64,000 bases of DNA from Phycisphaerales bacterium (GCA_027451365.1 DAIDJN010000063.1:1-64000); one strand, 5' to 3'. Shown: positions 9,886 to 20,421, counted from the first letter of the stretch. Notes: generated from the letters alone by a model not told the origin. A program made the numbers and translations.

Positions 9886-10409
9886 CCGACCGATACTGCC
9901 TTGATACCAACGCACTTATTCGGCCGTGGAACGGATATTACGCGCCGGCAATTTGTCCGACCTATTGGGAATTATTAGCGCAGCTGGCCAAAAAGGGAAT
10001 CGTTTTTTGCCCGGACGAAGTTCGCCGGGAGTTGGAGAAAAAAGATGATGGCCTTTTTGCTTGGGCGAGGAAAACCCCGGATATGTTTGCCCCAGCAACG
10101 GAAATTGTGCAGGAACACCTCGGTCAGATTTTAGCCAGATTTCCCCGCCTGCTTGACACAAGAAAGGGGCGCAACGCCGCTGACCCATGGGTAATAGCGA
10201 TTGCTATGGCACAGAAGGCCACCGTTGTAACTCAGGAAAAGATGCGCAACCGTGGTACGGACCGGTATGGAATTCCAGACGTTTGCGCAGGCTTTAATAT
10301 TAATTGTATTGACGACCACCGCTTCGTTCATGACATTGGTTTTCGTTTTACGGCAACACTCGACCCGCCGTTGAATGGGCGCCCTGATTTGGGATTCCAG
10401 TTAAGCTAA
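9882..10409 (+). CDS. DUF4411 family PIN-like nuclease
   Basis: YCLDTNALI, EV..EL, ADPWVIA.A, VVTQE, IPDVC; TTGA overlap with the ImmA/IrrE stop. Confidence 0.85.
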   Translation: MTDRYCLDTNALIRPWNGYYAPAICPTYWELLAQLAKKGIVFCPDEVRRELEKKDDGLFAWARKTPDMFAPATEIVQEHLGQILARFPRLLDTRKGRNAADPWVIAIAMAQKATVVTQEKMRNRGTDRYGIPDVCAGFNINCIDDHRFVHDIGFRFTATLDPPLNGRPDLGFQLS

Positions 10410-10540
10410 GTTCACATATTGCATGAGGACGATATACAAACGCACGACAATCAAGAATAATTTCAGGGAATTGAGGTTAACGCCTGTTTACTTCTGGGAT
10501 TGTGACCTATGGCATTGAATTTTCGGCGGCCGGGTTTCGG

Positions 10541-11767
10541 TTACGCAGCAGATGGGGATTTTCCGCCGAAAACCGCGCGATATTCTTTGGGCGTTTTTCC
10601 TTCGTGTTGCCGAAATATGCGATGGAAATGGCGACTGGTACCGAAACCGGCACGTTTGGCGACGCGATGCAAAGGCCAGTTGGTTTCCAGCATAAGCTGT
10701 CTTGCACGCTGGATATGGGCGGTCATGATGGCCGCGTTTACGGTTTTTCCGGTCACCCGTTTGAAATGGTTTTCCAGACTGCGCCGGGAAATTCTCAGAT
10801 ATTCCGCCACATCGCTGACCGCCAGAGGATCAGCGGAGTGCTCACGTATAAATTGTTCGGCAAGATAGACCGGTCGATCTGGAATGCTTTCGGCATCCGA
10901 CGATTGGCGAACATACAACAGCCCGGTGGGTTCCACCAGAGTTGTTTCCGCCGGCGGCTTTTCACCCGTCAACAAACGGTCAAGCAGGCGGGCGGCTTCA
11001 TGGCCCAGGCGCTCGGCAGGCAGGACGGCGGCGGAGATGGTCGGCTCAATACTTTCAGCCAGAACGGCGTCATCATCCCAGGCGACCACAGCCACCTGTT
11101 CGGGCACGCAAATGCCAACGCGCTGGCAAGCCTGAACAATGGTTCTGGCCTGCGGCATATTCCAAGCGAACACGCCCACAGGTTTGGGCAAACGGCGCAC
11201 CCATTTGACCAGCGCGGACATTGTGGGTGCGGACCCCAGGCCGGCTTCGGTCATCTGACAAGGGCAGGCTACGGTTCGGGCGAAATTCAGAATTGCCGCC
11301 GCGCGATAATCGATACAGCGAACGGGACCGCGTATGCCATAATATGCGAATTGCCGAAAGCCACCGGCAAGAAAATGGTTGCCAATGGCCATGGCGACGG
11401 CATCGTCATTGACACGCACGGCGGGAATATCTTTCAAGGCTCGCGGCGGCCGGGCGGAAAATGACACGACGCGGGTATGGGCATCGCGGATCAAGCCGCG
11501 CACGGCGGCGACTTCGCCAAGCACGTGGGTAAGAATTCCATCCCAGTTTTGCCGGCGGTGAAATATTCCGCCAGCCTCGTTGGCACCGCTGACAATATAA
11601 AGCCGCCAATCCGGTTTGGCATGCGCATAACTTTGGATGCCGCGCATGACCTGTCGGCACCAGTCGGACCAATCCCATAACCGCACGGCGATACGCAACT
11701 GGCGAGGCGGTGAGGCATCCGTAGCCACGGATTTATGGCGATTCAGGCTATCACGGGTCTGCGGCAT
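10541..11767 (-). CDS. XylR-type transcriptional activator (periplasmic-binding-protein-like sensor plus AraC HTH)
   Basis: LPKPVGVFA, VPEQVAVVAWDDD, VRQSSD, C-terminal AraC double HTH (SRRSLENHFK...AGFGTSRHFHRIFRQHEGKTP); start uncertain. Confidence 0.88.
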   Translation of the reverse strand: MPQTRDSLNRHKSVATDASPPRQLRIAVRLWDWSDWCRQVMRGIQSYAHAKPDWRLYIVSGANEAGGIFHRRQNWDGILTHVLGEVAAVRGLIRDAHTRVVSFSARPPRALKDIPAVRVNDDAVAMAIGNHFLAGGFRQFAYYGIRGPVRCIDYRAAAILNFARTVACPCQMTEAGLGSAPTMSALVKWVRRLPKPVGVFAWNMPQARTIVQACQRVGICVPEQVAVVAWDDDAVLAESIEPTISAAVLPAERLGHEAARLLDRLLTGEKPPAETTLVEPTGLLYVRQSSDAESIPDRPVYLAEQFIREHSADPLAVSDVAEYLRISRRSLENHFKRVTGKTVNAAIMTAHIQRARQLMLETNWPLHRVAKRAGFGTSRHFHRIFRQHEGKTPKEYRAVFGGKSPSAA

Positions 11768-11796
11768 GAGGCATAGCATATACGCAGATATCATAT

Positions 11797-11868
11797 TACG
11801 CAAAATGTCTATACTTTTTTGCTCATTCGCTTTTCGTCTCAGGTCTTCTGACCTGCATGTTGTAGACT
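11797..11868 (+). promoter_or_regulatory. Shared operator/promoter motif, copy 1 (upstream of PEP-CTERM 12157)
   Basis: TACGCAAAATGTCTA (11797), then TTCGCTTTTCGTCTC (11826)-N20-TGTAGACT (11861). Confidence 0.6.
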
Positions 11869-12156
11869 TTACCTTAATGGAATCTAAAGGTCGGCTCTGC
11901 GAGTTGTGCATACGCCGATGCAGAATAACCTGCTTTAAAGAAAGCTCGCAACCGGAGGCAAACGGATTAGCCTTGAAAAAGGCAAGCTGCCGTTCGCTTG
12001 CCGCGTGGTTGCGGTAAACCAGACCACGGGGAAGATCAGAGCATCATTTTATTTTCCAAGGCGTCGATTGAATTCAAAATCTTCGGGAGATCGCCCGGTG
12101 GTGTGTTACCGCAGGGGAATTGCGCCTTCCGGATTCTATTTTTTAAGGAGTGTCCA

Positions 12157-12981
12157 GTGAGAACTTCCGGCAAACTGGCTGTTTCTGCGGTGGCCCTGTG
12201 TATCGCAGCTTCGGCGGCCGCACTGCACGCAGCCACCATTAATGCGATCAGCTACAATTTCGGCGATGGCCAGTCCTACCACCCGGTCACACTGTCGGAT
12301 GTAATTGGAGTCGTGCCGGTCGCAAATTGGAATGACGCCTATCGAAATAATATTACAATTCCGAACAATGATGCGGGCGGCAACACCACTCTGGATGATT
12401 ATAATTATGACAGCAACGGGAATATAATCGGCCAGTATAACAGCGGCACGAATACGACCACTGGCGTTACAGCCACCTATAGCGCCAATGACAATTGGAG
12501 CGTGACAAAATCCGGCACCAGCGCCGACACGGCGTATGATACAACCCCCGATGCCATCATGAACAACTCGTATCTTGACACAAATGTCACCCTTACCGTC
12601 AAGAATATCCCCTACGCAATTTATGATGTGTATGCGTATGTCGGCGCAGACGTGAACGGCAGGCTTGGTCAGGCCTACATTCAAAGTAATACCGGCACCT
12701 CACAATATTTCAAGACCGATGATCTGACCGGGACGACCTTTACCGGCTATGTCGACAACTCGGCTTCAACGGCGGCCGGTGCCGGGACTGCCACCTATAT
12801 CGAATGGACCAACGTGACCGGTTCCACTTTGCAGTACAACCAGATTACCCCGAGTGGCGGTGGTAATAACGGGCTTCACGGCCTGGAAATTGTGCAAGTG
12901 GTTCCGGAACCGGCGACATTGGGTTTGCTGGGGGCTGGCGCCATGGGCCTGCTGCTGGCCCGGCGACGCAAAATCGCATGA
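12157..12981 (+). CDS. PEP-CTERM sorting domain-containing secreted protein
   Basis: AAGGAG SD then GTG 12157; signal peptide; Asn/Thr/Gly/Tyr-rich body; C-terminal VPEPATLGLLGAGAMGLLLARRRKIA. Confidence 0.9.
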   Translation: MRTSGKLAVSAVALCIAASAAALHAATINAISYNFGDGQSYHPVTLSDVIGVVPVANWNDAYRNNITIPNNDAGGNTTLDDYNYDSNGNIIGQYNSGTNTTTGVTATYSANDNWSVTKSGTSADTAYDTTPDAIMNNSYLDTNVTLTVKNIPYAIYDVYAYVGADVNGRLGQAYIQSNTGTSQYFKTDDLTGTTFTGYVDNSASTAAGAGTATYIEWTNVTGSTLQYNQITPSGGGNNGLHGLEIVQVVPEPATLGLLGAGAMGLLLARRRKIA

Positions 12982-13015
12982 ATTCAGCTTGACGCAATGA
13001 AATGACACTGAAATG

Positions 13016-13050
13016 AAGGACGGCCAGTTAATAATCTGGCCGTCCTTTTG
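13016..13050 (+). terminator. Intrinsic terminator
   Basis: AAGGACGGCCAG-ttaataat-CTGGCCGTCCTT followed by T-rich sequence, between convergent genes. Confidence 0.75.
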
Positions 13051-13181
13051 CGTTTAATGGTTCAAGGCATTACACCATGTATAATATAATGTTGATAGCT
13101 ACACTTCTTAATTACACTCCACATGCTGCATGACAGGCCAATGGTTTGGGTAGCGCCGGTATAAGGCGCGACGCGGTCCGA

Positions 13182-16103
13182 CTACAGCACAAGTTTTACC
13201 GCTTCGCCAGCGTAGGCAATCACTCTGTCGGGCGCAGCGGCCGGTTCCAAGCCGCCGCCATGGCCGGGCTTTACCAGCACAATATGAAAGGTCCGCTGTT
13301 TCAGCATTCCGGGGAACTGTCCGTGCCGCGGGCCAATGTGCAGTTCGCGGGTATGGTCAATCCAATTAAAATCAATGGTGGCATAAACGCCGCGTTCATA
13401 GTTGTATGAATCGCATTCATCCTCATATAAGGTAAAGTTGCCGTCGGCACCGGCATAAATACGAATCTCCAGCGGGTCCGCGGGCTGGGCGGCATATTGC
13501 ACAACCGGCCCCAGCGGCACGATCGAACCGCTGCGGATAAACAGCGGCATGGAATCCAGTTCCGCCGCCGCGCTGACATGGGTATTGCCTTTGTACACTT
13601 TGCCCGTCCAGAAATCATGCCATTGGCTGCCTGCGGGCAAATACACCGCGCGTGCGGTGACCCCCGGTTCCAGCACCGGATTGACGAGGATTGCCGGGCC
13701 GAACATGAACTGATCGCCGATATTGTGCACTTTCCGGTCCGTGCGGAAATCCATAATAAGGCCGCGCAGCATGGTATAGCCCCGCTGCGTAACCATCCAC
13801 GATACGCTGTAAATGTACGGCAACAGGCGGTAACGCAGGTGATCGAACTTGACCAGCATGGGCATGATTTTCGGACCAAAACGCCACATTTCCTTGGGGT
13901 AATCGGTGCCATGCACACGGAACAGCGGGCAAAACGCGCCGAACTGAAACCAGCGTACAAACAATTCCTGATAGGCGGGGTCCTGCGGACTCTGGTGGAT
14001 GAAAAAGCCGCCAATATCGGTATTCCAATATGGAATGCCGCTGAGCGCAAAGTTAATGCCGCCGGCAATCTGCTGGCGCAGCACCTGCCAGGTGCCCTGA
14101 ATATCCCCGGACCAGGTGATGGCACTGTTGCGTTGCTGCCCGGCCCAGGCCGACCGCGTGAGAATCATGACGCGCTTTTGGGAAGTGGTCGCCCGCTGAC
14201 CGTCATAAACAGCTTTGGTGTGCATCAGTGGATAGGCGTTGTAAACAAATGCGCCCCAGCCCATATATGTTTTAATATTGGCAAATTCACCCCAGCGCAT
14301 ACAGAGTTCGGGTTCTGAGGCGTCCAGCCACCAGGCATCCACACCCAGCGAAAACAGTTGTGTTTTAAGATTATGCCAGTACAACTCGCGGCCCAAAGGA
14401 TTGAATGGATCGTAATAGCGATCTTTGCAATTAGTTGGATACAAGACGCCCGCCTTTTCCATTTCGTCATAATTGGCGGATCCTGGGGCAAATCTACCCC
14501 ACACACTGATCATAAAATGCAGGTTTTCCTTATGAATGGCGGAAATCATGTCGCCTGGATTTGGATAGCGGACCGGATCAAATTTATTGGAGCCCCATGG
14601 GTATGGTACCCAGTAATACCAGTCCTGAATAATGCCATCCATAGGTATATGCATGGAACGGTATTCCGCCGCCACACCCAGCACCTGAAGCTGCGTGTTG
14701 TAATGTTCCTTGCACTGCCAGAAGCCCCAGACCCAGCGGCCCATCATGGGCGCAGGCCCGCTTATCTGGCGCCAGGCGGCAATCACATCGTCCAGTTCCG
14801 GGCCGCGCATCACGTAATAATCGATCCAGTTACCCACGGCAGACTGCCAGATCAATTTCTGTTCTGCCGCATTTTCAGCCGGCGTCTGCCAGCCAAGTTG
14901 AAAGGCGCTTGGACCGCCCTGCTGAAAATATTCGATTTTAATGCTGTATTTTTTTCCTTCTTCCAGATGTATGCGCCCCATGGATGTCGTTGCAGGCTGG
15001 GTGTGCCAGTCATTAATGATCTGCTGGCCGTCGATCCACAGGCGTGCGCCATCGTCGCTGGTGGTGGCAAACGTATACTCACCAGTTTTTGGCGCCAGAA
15101 TTTCACCGTGCCAGCGAATGGAAAATTTGGTTGCTCCGATTCCGTTCACCGGTCCATGGCCCCAAGTGGTGTTGGAATTAAAGTCAAAACTGGAATCCAC
15201 ACGGGTGGCCTTAAGAGATTGAAAGTCCGTTCCTGAGTAATAGTCACCTGTCAGACCGCCCGAAGTGCCGGAAGCATCAAATAAATTCCCGGCGGGTATT
15301 GCGACAAGCATCGCGCCGCCGGCACTGACATCGGTAATGGCGGGGTTGTCCCAGAAAATGCCATACCCGCGGCTGGAAAGCAAAACCGGAACGGCGACAT
15401 GGCGATTTTTCTGCATCAGCCGCACGGACTTGCCATGGTAATTCATGACACCGTGCTGATGCTGGCCCAGGCCATAAATGGCTTCATCCGCCTGTATTTC
15501 AAATTCCTGCTTCACCTTGCAGGTGGGGACATCTTTAAATTCAATGGGCGTCATGAATTTTCCGCCGGTGGGCGTTTCCGAAAGAAATTCCTTTCCGTCA
15601 GAATCCAGGAATGTGATGGCCCCGGTTTTACGGTGCACCCGCGCGGTCAGATGTGTTGTGAATACATCTATATGCGATTTTGATTCATGCAGTTGCCAGT
15701 GCGCCTCCGCAGGCGCGGCAATAACCGCAAGGCTTTCATGCTGTGGTTGGCTTGCACCGAGCGGAGAAAACAACACGCGGATCACGCGATCCGAATAAAC
15801 CAGCAGACGCAGGCAGCCGACGGACATGGTCAACTCCGCACCATGGGCCAGGCGTTTGACGGCCCGGACAGCCACCGCGCCATTCACCGCGGGAAAAGGT
15901 TGATCTGCCGATGCGGACGGTAATGTAGTCTGGGCCGCGTGCAGCGCCTGGTCGGCCGGGGCCGCACAAACAGCCAAGGTTCCCACCGCTGTGCCCGCAG
16001 CGACTTTTAGAAATGTCCGCCTGTCCGGATGGTTATGCGACGGGGAATCGTGCCCTGTATCGGTGGATGCGATAGTTGGCTGGACTTTTGCGGAATTTGC
16101 CAT
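13182..16103 (-). CDS. GH31 glycoside hydrolase (alpha-xylosidase-like) with PA14 insert and Tat signal
   Basis: DRRTFLK twin-arginine signal, IYGLGQHQ, PA14 (FSIRWHG..SDDGARLWIDG), WWLDASEP nucleophile, WSGDI, WNTDIGGF; GGAGG SD before ATG 16103. Confidence 0.9.
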   Translation of the reverse strand: MANSAKVQPTIASTDTGHDSPSHNHPDRRTFLKVAAGTAVGTLAVCAAPADQALHAAQTTLPSASADQPFPAVNGAVAVRAVKRLAHGAELTMSVGCLRLLVYSDRVIRVLFSPLGASQPQHESLAVIAAPAEAHWQLHESKSHIDVFTTHLTARVHRKTGAITFLDSDGKEFLSETPTGGKFMTPIEFKDVPTCKVKQEFEIQADEAIYGLGQHQHGVMNYHGKSVRLMQKNRHVAVPVLLSSRGYGIFWDNPAITDVSAGGAMLVAIPAGNLFDASGTSGGLTGDYYSGTDFQSLKATRVDSSFDFNSNTTWGHGPVNGIGATKFSIRWHGEILAPKTGEYTFATTSDDGARLWIDGQQIINDWHTQPATTSMGRIHLEEGKKYSIKIEYFQQGGPSAFQLGWQTPAENAAEQKLIWQSAVGNWIDYYVMRGPELDDVIAAWRQISGPAPMMGRWVWGFWQCKEHYNTQLQVLGVAAEYRSMHIPMDGIIQDWYYWVPYPWGSNKFDPVRYPNPGDMISAIHKENLHFMISVWGRFAPGSANYDEMEKAGVLYPTNCKDRYYDPFNPLGRELYWHNLKTQLFSLGVDAWWLDASEPELCMRWGEFANIKTYMGWGAFVYNAYPLMHTKAVYDGQRATTSQKRVMILTRSAWAGQQRNSAITWSGDIQGTWQVLRQQIAGGINFALSGIPYWNTDIGGFFIHQSPQDPAYQELFVRWFQFGAFCPLFRVHGTDYPKEMWRFGPKIMPMLVKFDHLRYRLLPYIYSVSWMVTQRGYTMLRGLIMDFRTDRKVHNIGDQFMFGPAILVNPVLEPGVTARAVYLPAGSQWHDFWTGKVYKGNTHVSAAAELDSMPLFIRSGSIVPLGPVVQYAAQPADPLEIRIYAGADGNFTLYEDECDSYNYERGVYATIDFNWIDHTRELHIGPRHGQFPGMLKQRTFHIVLVKPGHGGGLEPAAAPDRVIAYAGEAVKLVL

Positions 16104-16249
16104 GAAAACCTCCAAATGTGAGTCACCAGGTCAAGGGTCATTGTCTGATAGGCGATCAGATTTTCAGCGACCCAATAGCGAGTCAAAATACGCCTTTCAT
16201 ACAAACGAAGCAAATGCAATTTCATTTCAATGGACGGATTGCTGAATTA

Positions 16250-16323
16250 TACGCAAAACGTCGCTTATATTTTATGTTGTTGCGCTTTTTGTCTCTGGTA
16301 AATCGGTGTTTATGTTGTAGAGT
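16250..16323 (+). promoter_or_regulatory. Shared operator/promoter motif, copy 2 (upstream of PEP-CTERM 16634)
   Basis: TACGCAAAACGTCGC (16250), then TGCGCTTTTTGTCTC (16281)-N20-TGTAGAGT (16316). Confidence 0.6.
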
Positions 16324-16569
16324 CTAAGTGACGGAACTAAGTCGACTGGCTCGCGGGCACCGGCACGTTTGCCCAGATAGGCTTTTTCGTCCGGACGGCA
16401 GGTTCATACGGGCCATTTCCCATGGGAGCGGCCGCGTTGGGCGCGTCTTGGGCAGATGTGTTCCGCCTGGCATACTCCTCAGGAGTATTCAACAGGCCTT
16501 TGCCGCAGCGGCTTCTTGGCTTTTTAGCCGGCCCGCAGGCCCATCGCAAAATTGCGTAAACACCCCGTT

Positions 16570-16695
16570 CGGCATTGTGTGCCGAGTGAGGGAAGAGTTT
16601 TTTTCATAAGTTCTTAGAAAAGGAGAACAGAGTATGCGTACTGGATTAACCTTCAAGATTGGCATTACTGCGATGGCGCTGGCCGCCACGGCGGC
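16570..16695 (+). repeat. 126-bp direct repeat copy 1 (leader plus signal peptide cassette)
   Basis: Matches 20522-20647 with 5 mismatches by manual alignment; offset 3952 bp. Confidence 0.95.
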
Positions 16696-17524
16696 TCTTG
16701 GGCCAGGCCTCAATGCCTCTGCGGCAGCCCTGACAAGCCTTACCATCGGACCAGCCGCACCAACGCCAACTGCCGGCGATGTTTATAATTTCGTCGGCTC
16801 CGGCAATGATTTTGGTAACGTAAACACGACTTCCGCGGGCGGATATGGAACCAATTCGAGCAGCACGGGCGGGCTTGGCGGTAACGACGTATACCAATAC
16901 GTGTCGGGAAATCGACCGGACCAAGGCCAGACATTTACGACAGGCGCCAACCCAACGGGTTATACCCTTACATCAATTTGGCTTGAGCATGTAGGTTACA
17001 ATAGTTCTAATGTCTCAGGGCCGGATAATAATGGCACCTATTGGCAGCTGGGCTCCGGCGCGAAATTAACGGTGCGCGTAACAAATCCCAGTTTGGCCGG
17101 CAAATCCGGTTTCGCTTTGGCTACCGAAACCTATACCGCAGCAGGTAACGAAGCCTCGCCGCACACTTGGGCGGCCGGCCAGAACAACTTTACGGGAGAC
17201 GGTTACTGGATGGATTTCGTGTTGAGCAGCCCAGTCACATTGCAGGCCAACACGCAATATGGATTCGATGTTTCATCGCAAAGCAGCAACGGCTATTTTG
17301 AGATTCTCGGGACCGATGGCTCGGCAACTGGGTATAATTTTACCGGCGGGTCAGCCTACAACGGCAGCACAAACGGGGCGTCGGATAATGCTCTTAATAC
17401 GTTGAGCGGAAGCCGGGTGTTTCTTGCATCCATGACGGCCAATCCGGTTCCCGAACCGGCGACCTTTGGTCTGCTGGCTTTCGGGGCGATCGGATTATTG
17501 CTTCTGAAGCGCAAGACGGCCTGA
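16634..17524 (+). CDS. PEP-CTERM sorting domain-containing secreted protein
   Basis: AGGAG SD; signal MRTGLTFKIGITAMALAATAALG; C-terminal VPEPATFGLLAFGAIGLLLLKRKTA. Confidence 0.9.
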   Translation: MRTGLTFKIGITAMALAATAALGPGLNASAAALTSLTIGPAAPTPTAGDVYNFVGSGNDFGNVNTTSAGGYGTNSSSTGGLGGNDVYQYVSGNRPDQGQTFTTGANPTGYTLTSIWLEHVGYNSSNVSGPDNNGTYWQLGSGAKLTVRVTNPSLAGKSGFALATETYTAAGNEASPHTWAAGQNNFTGDGYWMDFVLSSPVTLQANTQYGFDVSSQSSNGYFEILGTDGSATGYNFTGGSAYNGSTNGASDNALNTLSGSRVFLASMTANPVPEPATFGLLAFGAIGLLLLKRKTA

Positions 17525-17663
17525 TTAGTGGTTAGGCCCCGCCGATTGACGATAGCGATTAGTTCGGCTGCTTGTTGACCGGTTTTTAGCTGGTCGCTCT
17601 TGCATCGGTTAAAAATGGGGTGCGTTATCGCGATTTGCCGCGAATTCAAACAGTGATACCATT

Positions 17664-17705
17664 GGCCGCCGGAAGAACATCAAGATTCCTCCGGCGGCCT
17701 TTTTT
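17664..17705 (+). terminator. Intrinsic terminator
   Basis: GGCCGCCGGA...TCCGGCGGCC stem followed by TTTTTT. Confidence 0.7.
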
Positions 17706-17742
17706 ATTCTATCGGCCATACTTTTGCAACGGAGCTCGGGCT

Positions 17743-20154
17743 ATGGTTCGTATACGCGATTTTATTTCCGTCATGGTGATCGCCTTTGTCGGATTTTCTC
17801 TTAACAGCAATATTTCCAGGTTGGCCGCCTCCACTCAAGTCGCGGTAACGATTCATCCGGGCCAGGTGCGCAACACAATCAGTCGGGGTATTTACAGCCA
17901 GTTTCTCGAGCATATTTATCATTCGGCGGACAATGGCCTTTGGGGAGAAATGATCTGGAACCGCAGCTTTGAAGAGCCATTGCATAGCACTGGCAGCCAA
18001 TGGGTGCGAAAAGGAAAGGAAATTCGGCAGTTAAGCCTTGCGCCGAATATCCGGAAAAACATTGGCGCAACCGACTGGCAAAATTATCGGATTTCGCTGG
18101 ATGCAAAAAAACTGGGCGGAGCCGAAGGGTTCATGATTTTCTTCTATAACCACGGCGACCATTGGTTTGACCTGAACCTGGGCGGATGGGGCAACACCCG
18201 CGATGTGTTACAGCGTGGGGGTGCAAACCCGCGGCCGGGAATTCTTGCTTCCAAACCCACATTGCATATCCATCGCGGGCGCTGGTATCACCTTCGCTTG
18301 CGCTGTGAAGGGCCACATATTCAGGTTTGGGTTAACGGCAAATCGTATTTCGATCGGACCGTGAAAAATGGAATATTCAGTGGCGGCATCGGCCTGGGTA
18401 CCTGGCGCACTCAGGCGGCGTATAAGAATATTGTAGTGACCTCGGTTACCGACGGTAAGGTTCTTTACAATAGAGTTCCTGCGGGAGAAAAAAAGGTGAT
18501 TCAACACCTTTCTACCCGGTTCTGGAATCGCTTTGGTCCGGGAGCGGCAACGCGCACCACAACCGATCCGCGGAACAGCCGTATCTGCATTAAAATCACT
18601 TCAACAAACGGTGAAACGGGTGTGCAACAGCCGAATATCTGCCTGCCTTCGGCGGGAAGTTATCGCGGGTCACTTTGGGTACGCGACGCGACCGCACACC
18701 AGATTGTTGCCAGCCTGCTGAATGGCAAAATGCTGTTGGGCAAGAAAAATGCAATTGTTGACTCTGCCAAATGGAAGCGCATCAGGTTTTCATTCAGCAC
18801 GGCATCGCCTGTGCATCATGCAACGCTGCGGATTGGGTTTACCGGAAAGGGAAACGTTTATCTGGATCAGGTCTCCATGATGTCCGATGCGGCCCGAAAA
18901 CTGGGTGGCTTTCGACCGGATACGCTTAGGGCGGTTGAGGCGCTTAAACCAGCAATGATTCGCTGGCCCGGCGGGGGCTATTCCGATAGTTATCACTGGA
19001 TGGATGGTATCGGCCCACAGGTGGACCGCGTTTCTGAAGGCGAGATATGGGACGACATGGACCCCAATGCGCTGGGCACGGACGAATTTATTCATTTGTG
19101 CCGTTTAACTGGCGCAAAACCGGAAATATGCATTAATATCGGCCCGCCAAATTCCAGCGCAAATGTGCGCGAACAGTATGTTCGGGAAGCCTGCCATTGG
19201 CTTGAATATTGTAACGCGCCCGCAAGTAACAAATGGGGTGCGTTGCGCGCCAAATATGGCCATGCCGCACCATATAATGTCAAATACTGGGAAATTGGAA
19301 ATGAGGTATGGTGGGGAGCAGACGGCCTGAAGGCAGCCAGGTATGCGAAAATCCTGAGGCTGTTCGTAGCCGCTATGAAAGGGATTGATCCAGCCATACG
19401 CATCATCGCTTGCGGCGGCAGCGGGCTGGACCAAAAATGGAACCAGCAGCTTCTAAACTACGCGTCAGGATCGTTTGATTATCTGAGTCTGCACCAATAT
19501 GTGCCGCCCCAAGGCTTTTTGACGGCGGCAGAACAATACACCACCTTTTTGCGGAAAACCGGGCAAAGTATAAAGGCATCCTCAAATCCGCATTGCAAGA
19601 TATTTGTATCTGAATGGAATGCCCAGTCTATTGATTGGCGGACGGGTCTGTTTGCCGGGGGAATTCTAATCGGGTTTGAACGCCAGGGAGCGGTCGTACG
19701 CCTTTCCACCCCCGCGCTGTTTCTGCGCTGGGTTGGAGCCGGTGCATGGAACAACGCTTTTATTAATTTTAATCGTTGTTCATGGTTTCCCGCGCCCAAT
19801 TATGTTGTTGAGCAGCTTTGGCGCAATCACTTTGCCAAATATCGTGTGGCCGCCACGTCGGCCAAGCCCCTGGAAGCGGATGCCACACTGGTCGCAAATC
19901 GCAAAACCGCCTATTACAAGGCGGTCAATCCGACCAGTCGAACCATCCATCTGGAATTGAACATGGGAGGCGGCTTTCCACTGGCCTCCGCATTGGCACA
20001 AAGCGTGACGGCTCCATCACTGTTCGCTCAGAACACCATGCGAAACCCCAACCGCATCGCCGCGCGCAGCCTTGCGATTACGGTCAGCGGGCAAAAGGTT
20101 GATGCGGTCCTGGCCCCCTATTCGGCGACAGTTGTCACGATGAAACGGAAATAA
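17743..20154 (+). CDS. GH51 alpha-L-arabinofuranosidase-like protein with inserted beta-sandwich (DUF1080/LamG-like) domain
   Basis: IYSQFLEHI, GLWGEMIWNRSFE, IRWPGG, GTDEF, YWEIGNE (acid/base), FVSEWN (nucleophile); N-terminal signal peptide. Confidence 0.88.
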   Translation: MVRIRDFISVMVIAFVGFSLNSNISRLAASTQVAVTIHPGQVRNTISRGIYSQFLEHIYHSADNGLWGEMIWNRSFEEPLHSTGSQWVRKGKEIRQLSLAPNIRKNIGATDWQNYRISLDAKKLGGAEGFMIFFYNHGDHWFDLNLGGWGNTRDVLQRGGANPRPGILASKPTLHIHRGRWYHLRLRCEGPHIQVWVNGKSYFDRTVKNGIFSGGIGLGTWRTQAAYKNIVVTSVTDGKVLYNRVPAGEKKVIQHLSTRFWNRFGPGAATRTTTDPRNSRICIKITSTNGETGVQQPNICLPSAGSYRGSLWVRDATAHQIVASLLNGKMLLGKKNAIVDSAKWKRIRFSFSTASPVHHATLRIGFTGKGNVYLDQVSMMSDAARKLGGFRPDTLRAVEALKPAMIRWPGGGYSDSYHWMDGIGPQVDRVSEGEIWDDMDPNALGTDEFIHLCRLTGAKPEICINIGPPNSSANVREQYVREACHWLEYCNAPASNKWGALRAKYGHAAPYNVKYWEIGNEVWWGADGLKAARYAKILRLFVAAMKGIDPAIRIIACGGSGLDQKWNQQLLNYASGSFDYLSLHQYVPPQGFLTAAEQYTTFLRKTGQSIKASSNPHCKIFVSEWNAQSIDWRTGLFAGGILIGFERQGAVVRLSTPALFLRWVGAGAWNNAFINFNRCSWFPAPNYVVEQLWRNHFAKYRVAATSAKPLEADATLVANRKTAYYKAVNPTSRTIHLELNMGGGFPLASALAQSVTAPSLFAQNTMRNPNRIAARSLAITVSGQKVDAVLAPYSATVVTMKRK

Positions 20155-20198
20155 GGCGGGCGGAATTTATTCAATGGGCAAGCGGCGTTTGACCGTGT

Positions 20199-20272
20199 TG
20201 CGTGAAATATCCCTCTTTTTTTTGGAACTTGCGCAGAACGTCTCTTGTTTCCGGTTGGGTTTGTTGTAGAGT
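20199..20272 (+). promoter_or_regulatory. Shared operator/promoter motif, copy 3 (upstream of PEP-CTERM 20586)
   Basis: TGCGTGAAATATCCC (20199), then TGCGCAGAACGTCTC (20230)-N20-TGTAGAGT (20265). Confidence 0.6.
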
Positions 20273-20397
20273 GAATGTACTGAACAAATTCGATGCCCGG
20301 CCAGCATCGTCGAGGTGCGGGCAATAGCCCAAATTGCGAGGAGAAGTTTGGCCGCGTTACAACGACTCACCTTCCGGACGGATAAACGGATATGTGA

Positions 20398-20421
20398 TAT
20401 TGACCGAAAATTCGGTCAATA
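20398..20421. promoter_or_regulatory. Perfect inverted repeat, possible operator or RNA hairpin
   Basis: TATTGACCGAA-AA-TTCGGTCAATA. Confidence 0.45.

Noticed and set aside
4002..10409. Complete prophage
   Set aside because: No integrase, att repeats, portal, capsid, tail or lysis genes were recognised.
12100..12111. GGTGTGTTACCG shared with 49209-49220 in leaders of exported-protein genes
   Set aside because: A single 12-mer match is expected by chance in 64 kb, and the flanks do not align.
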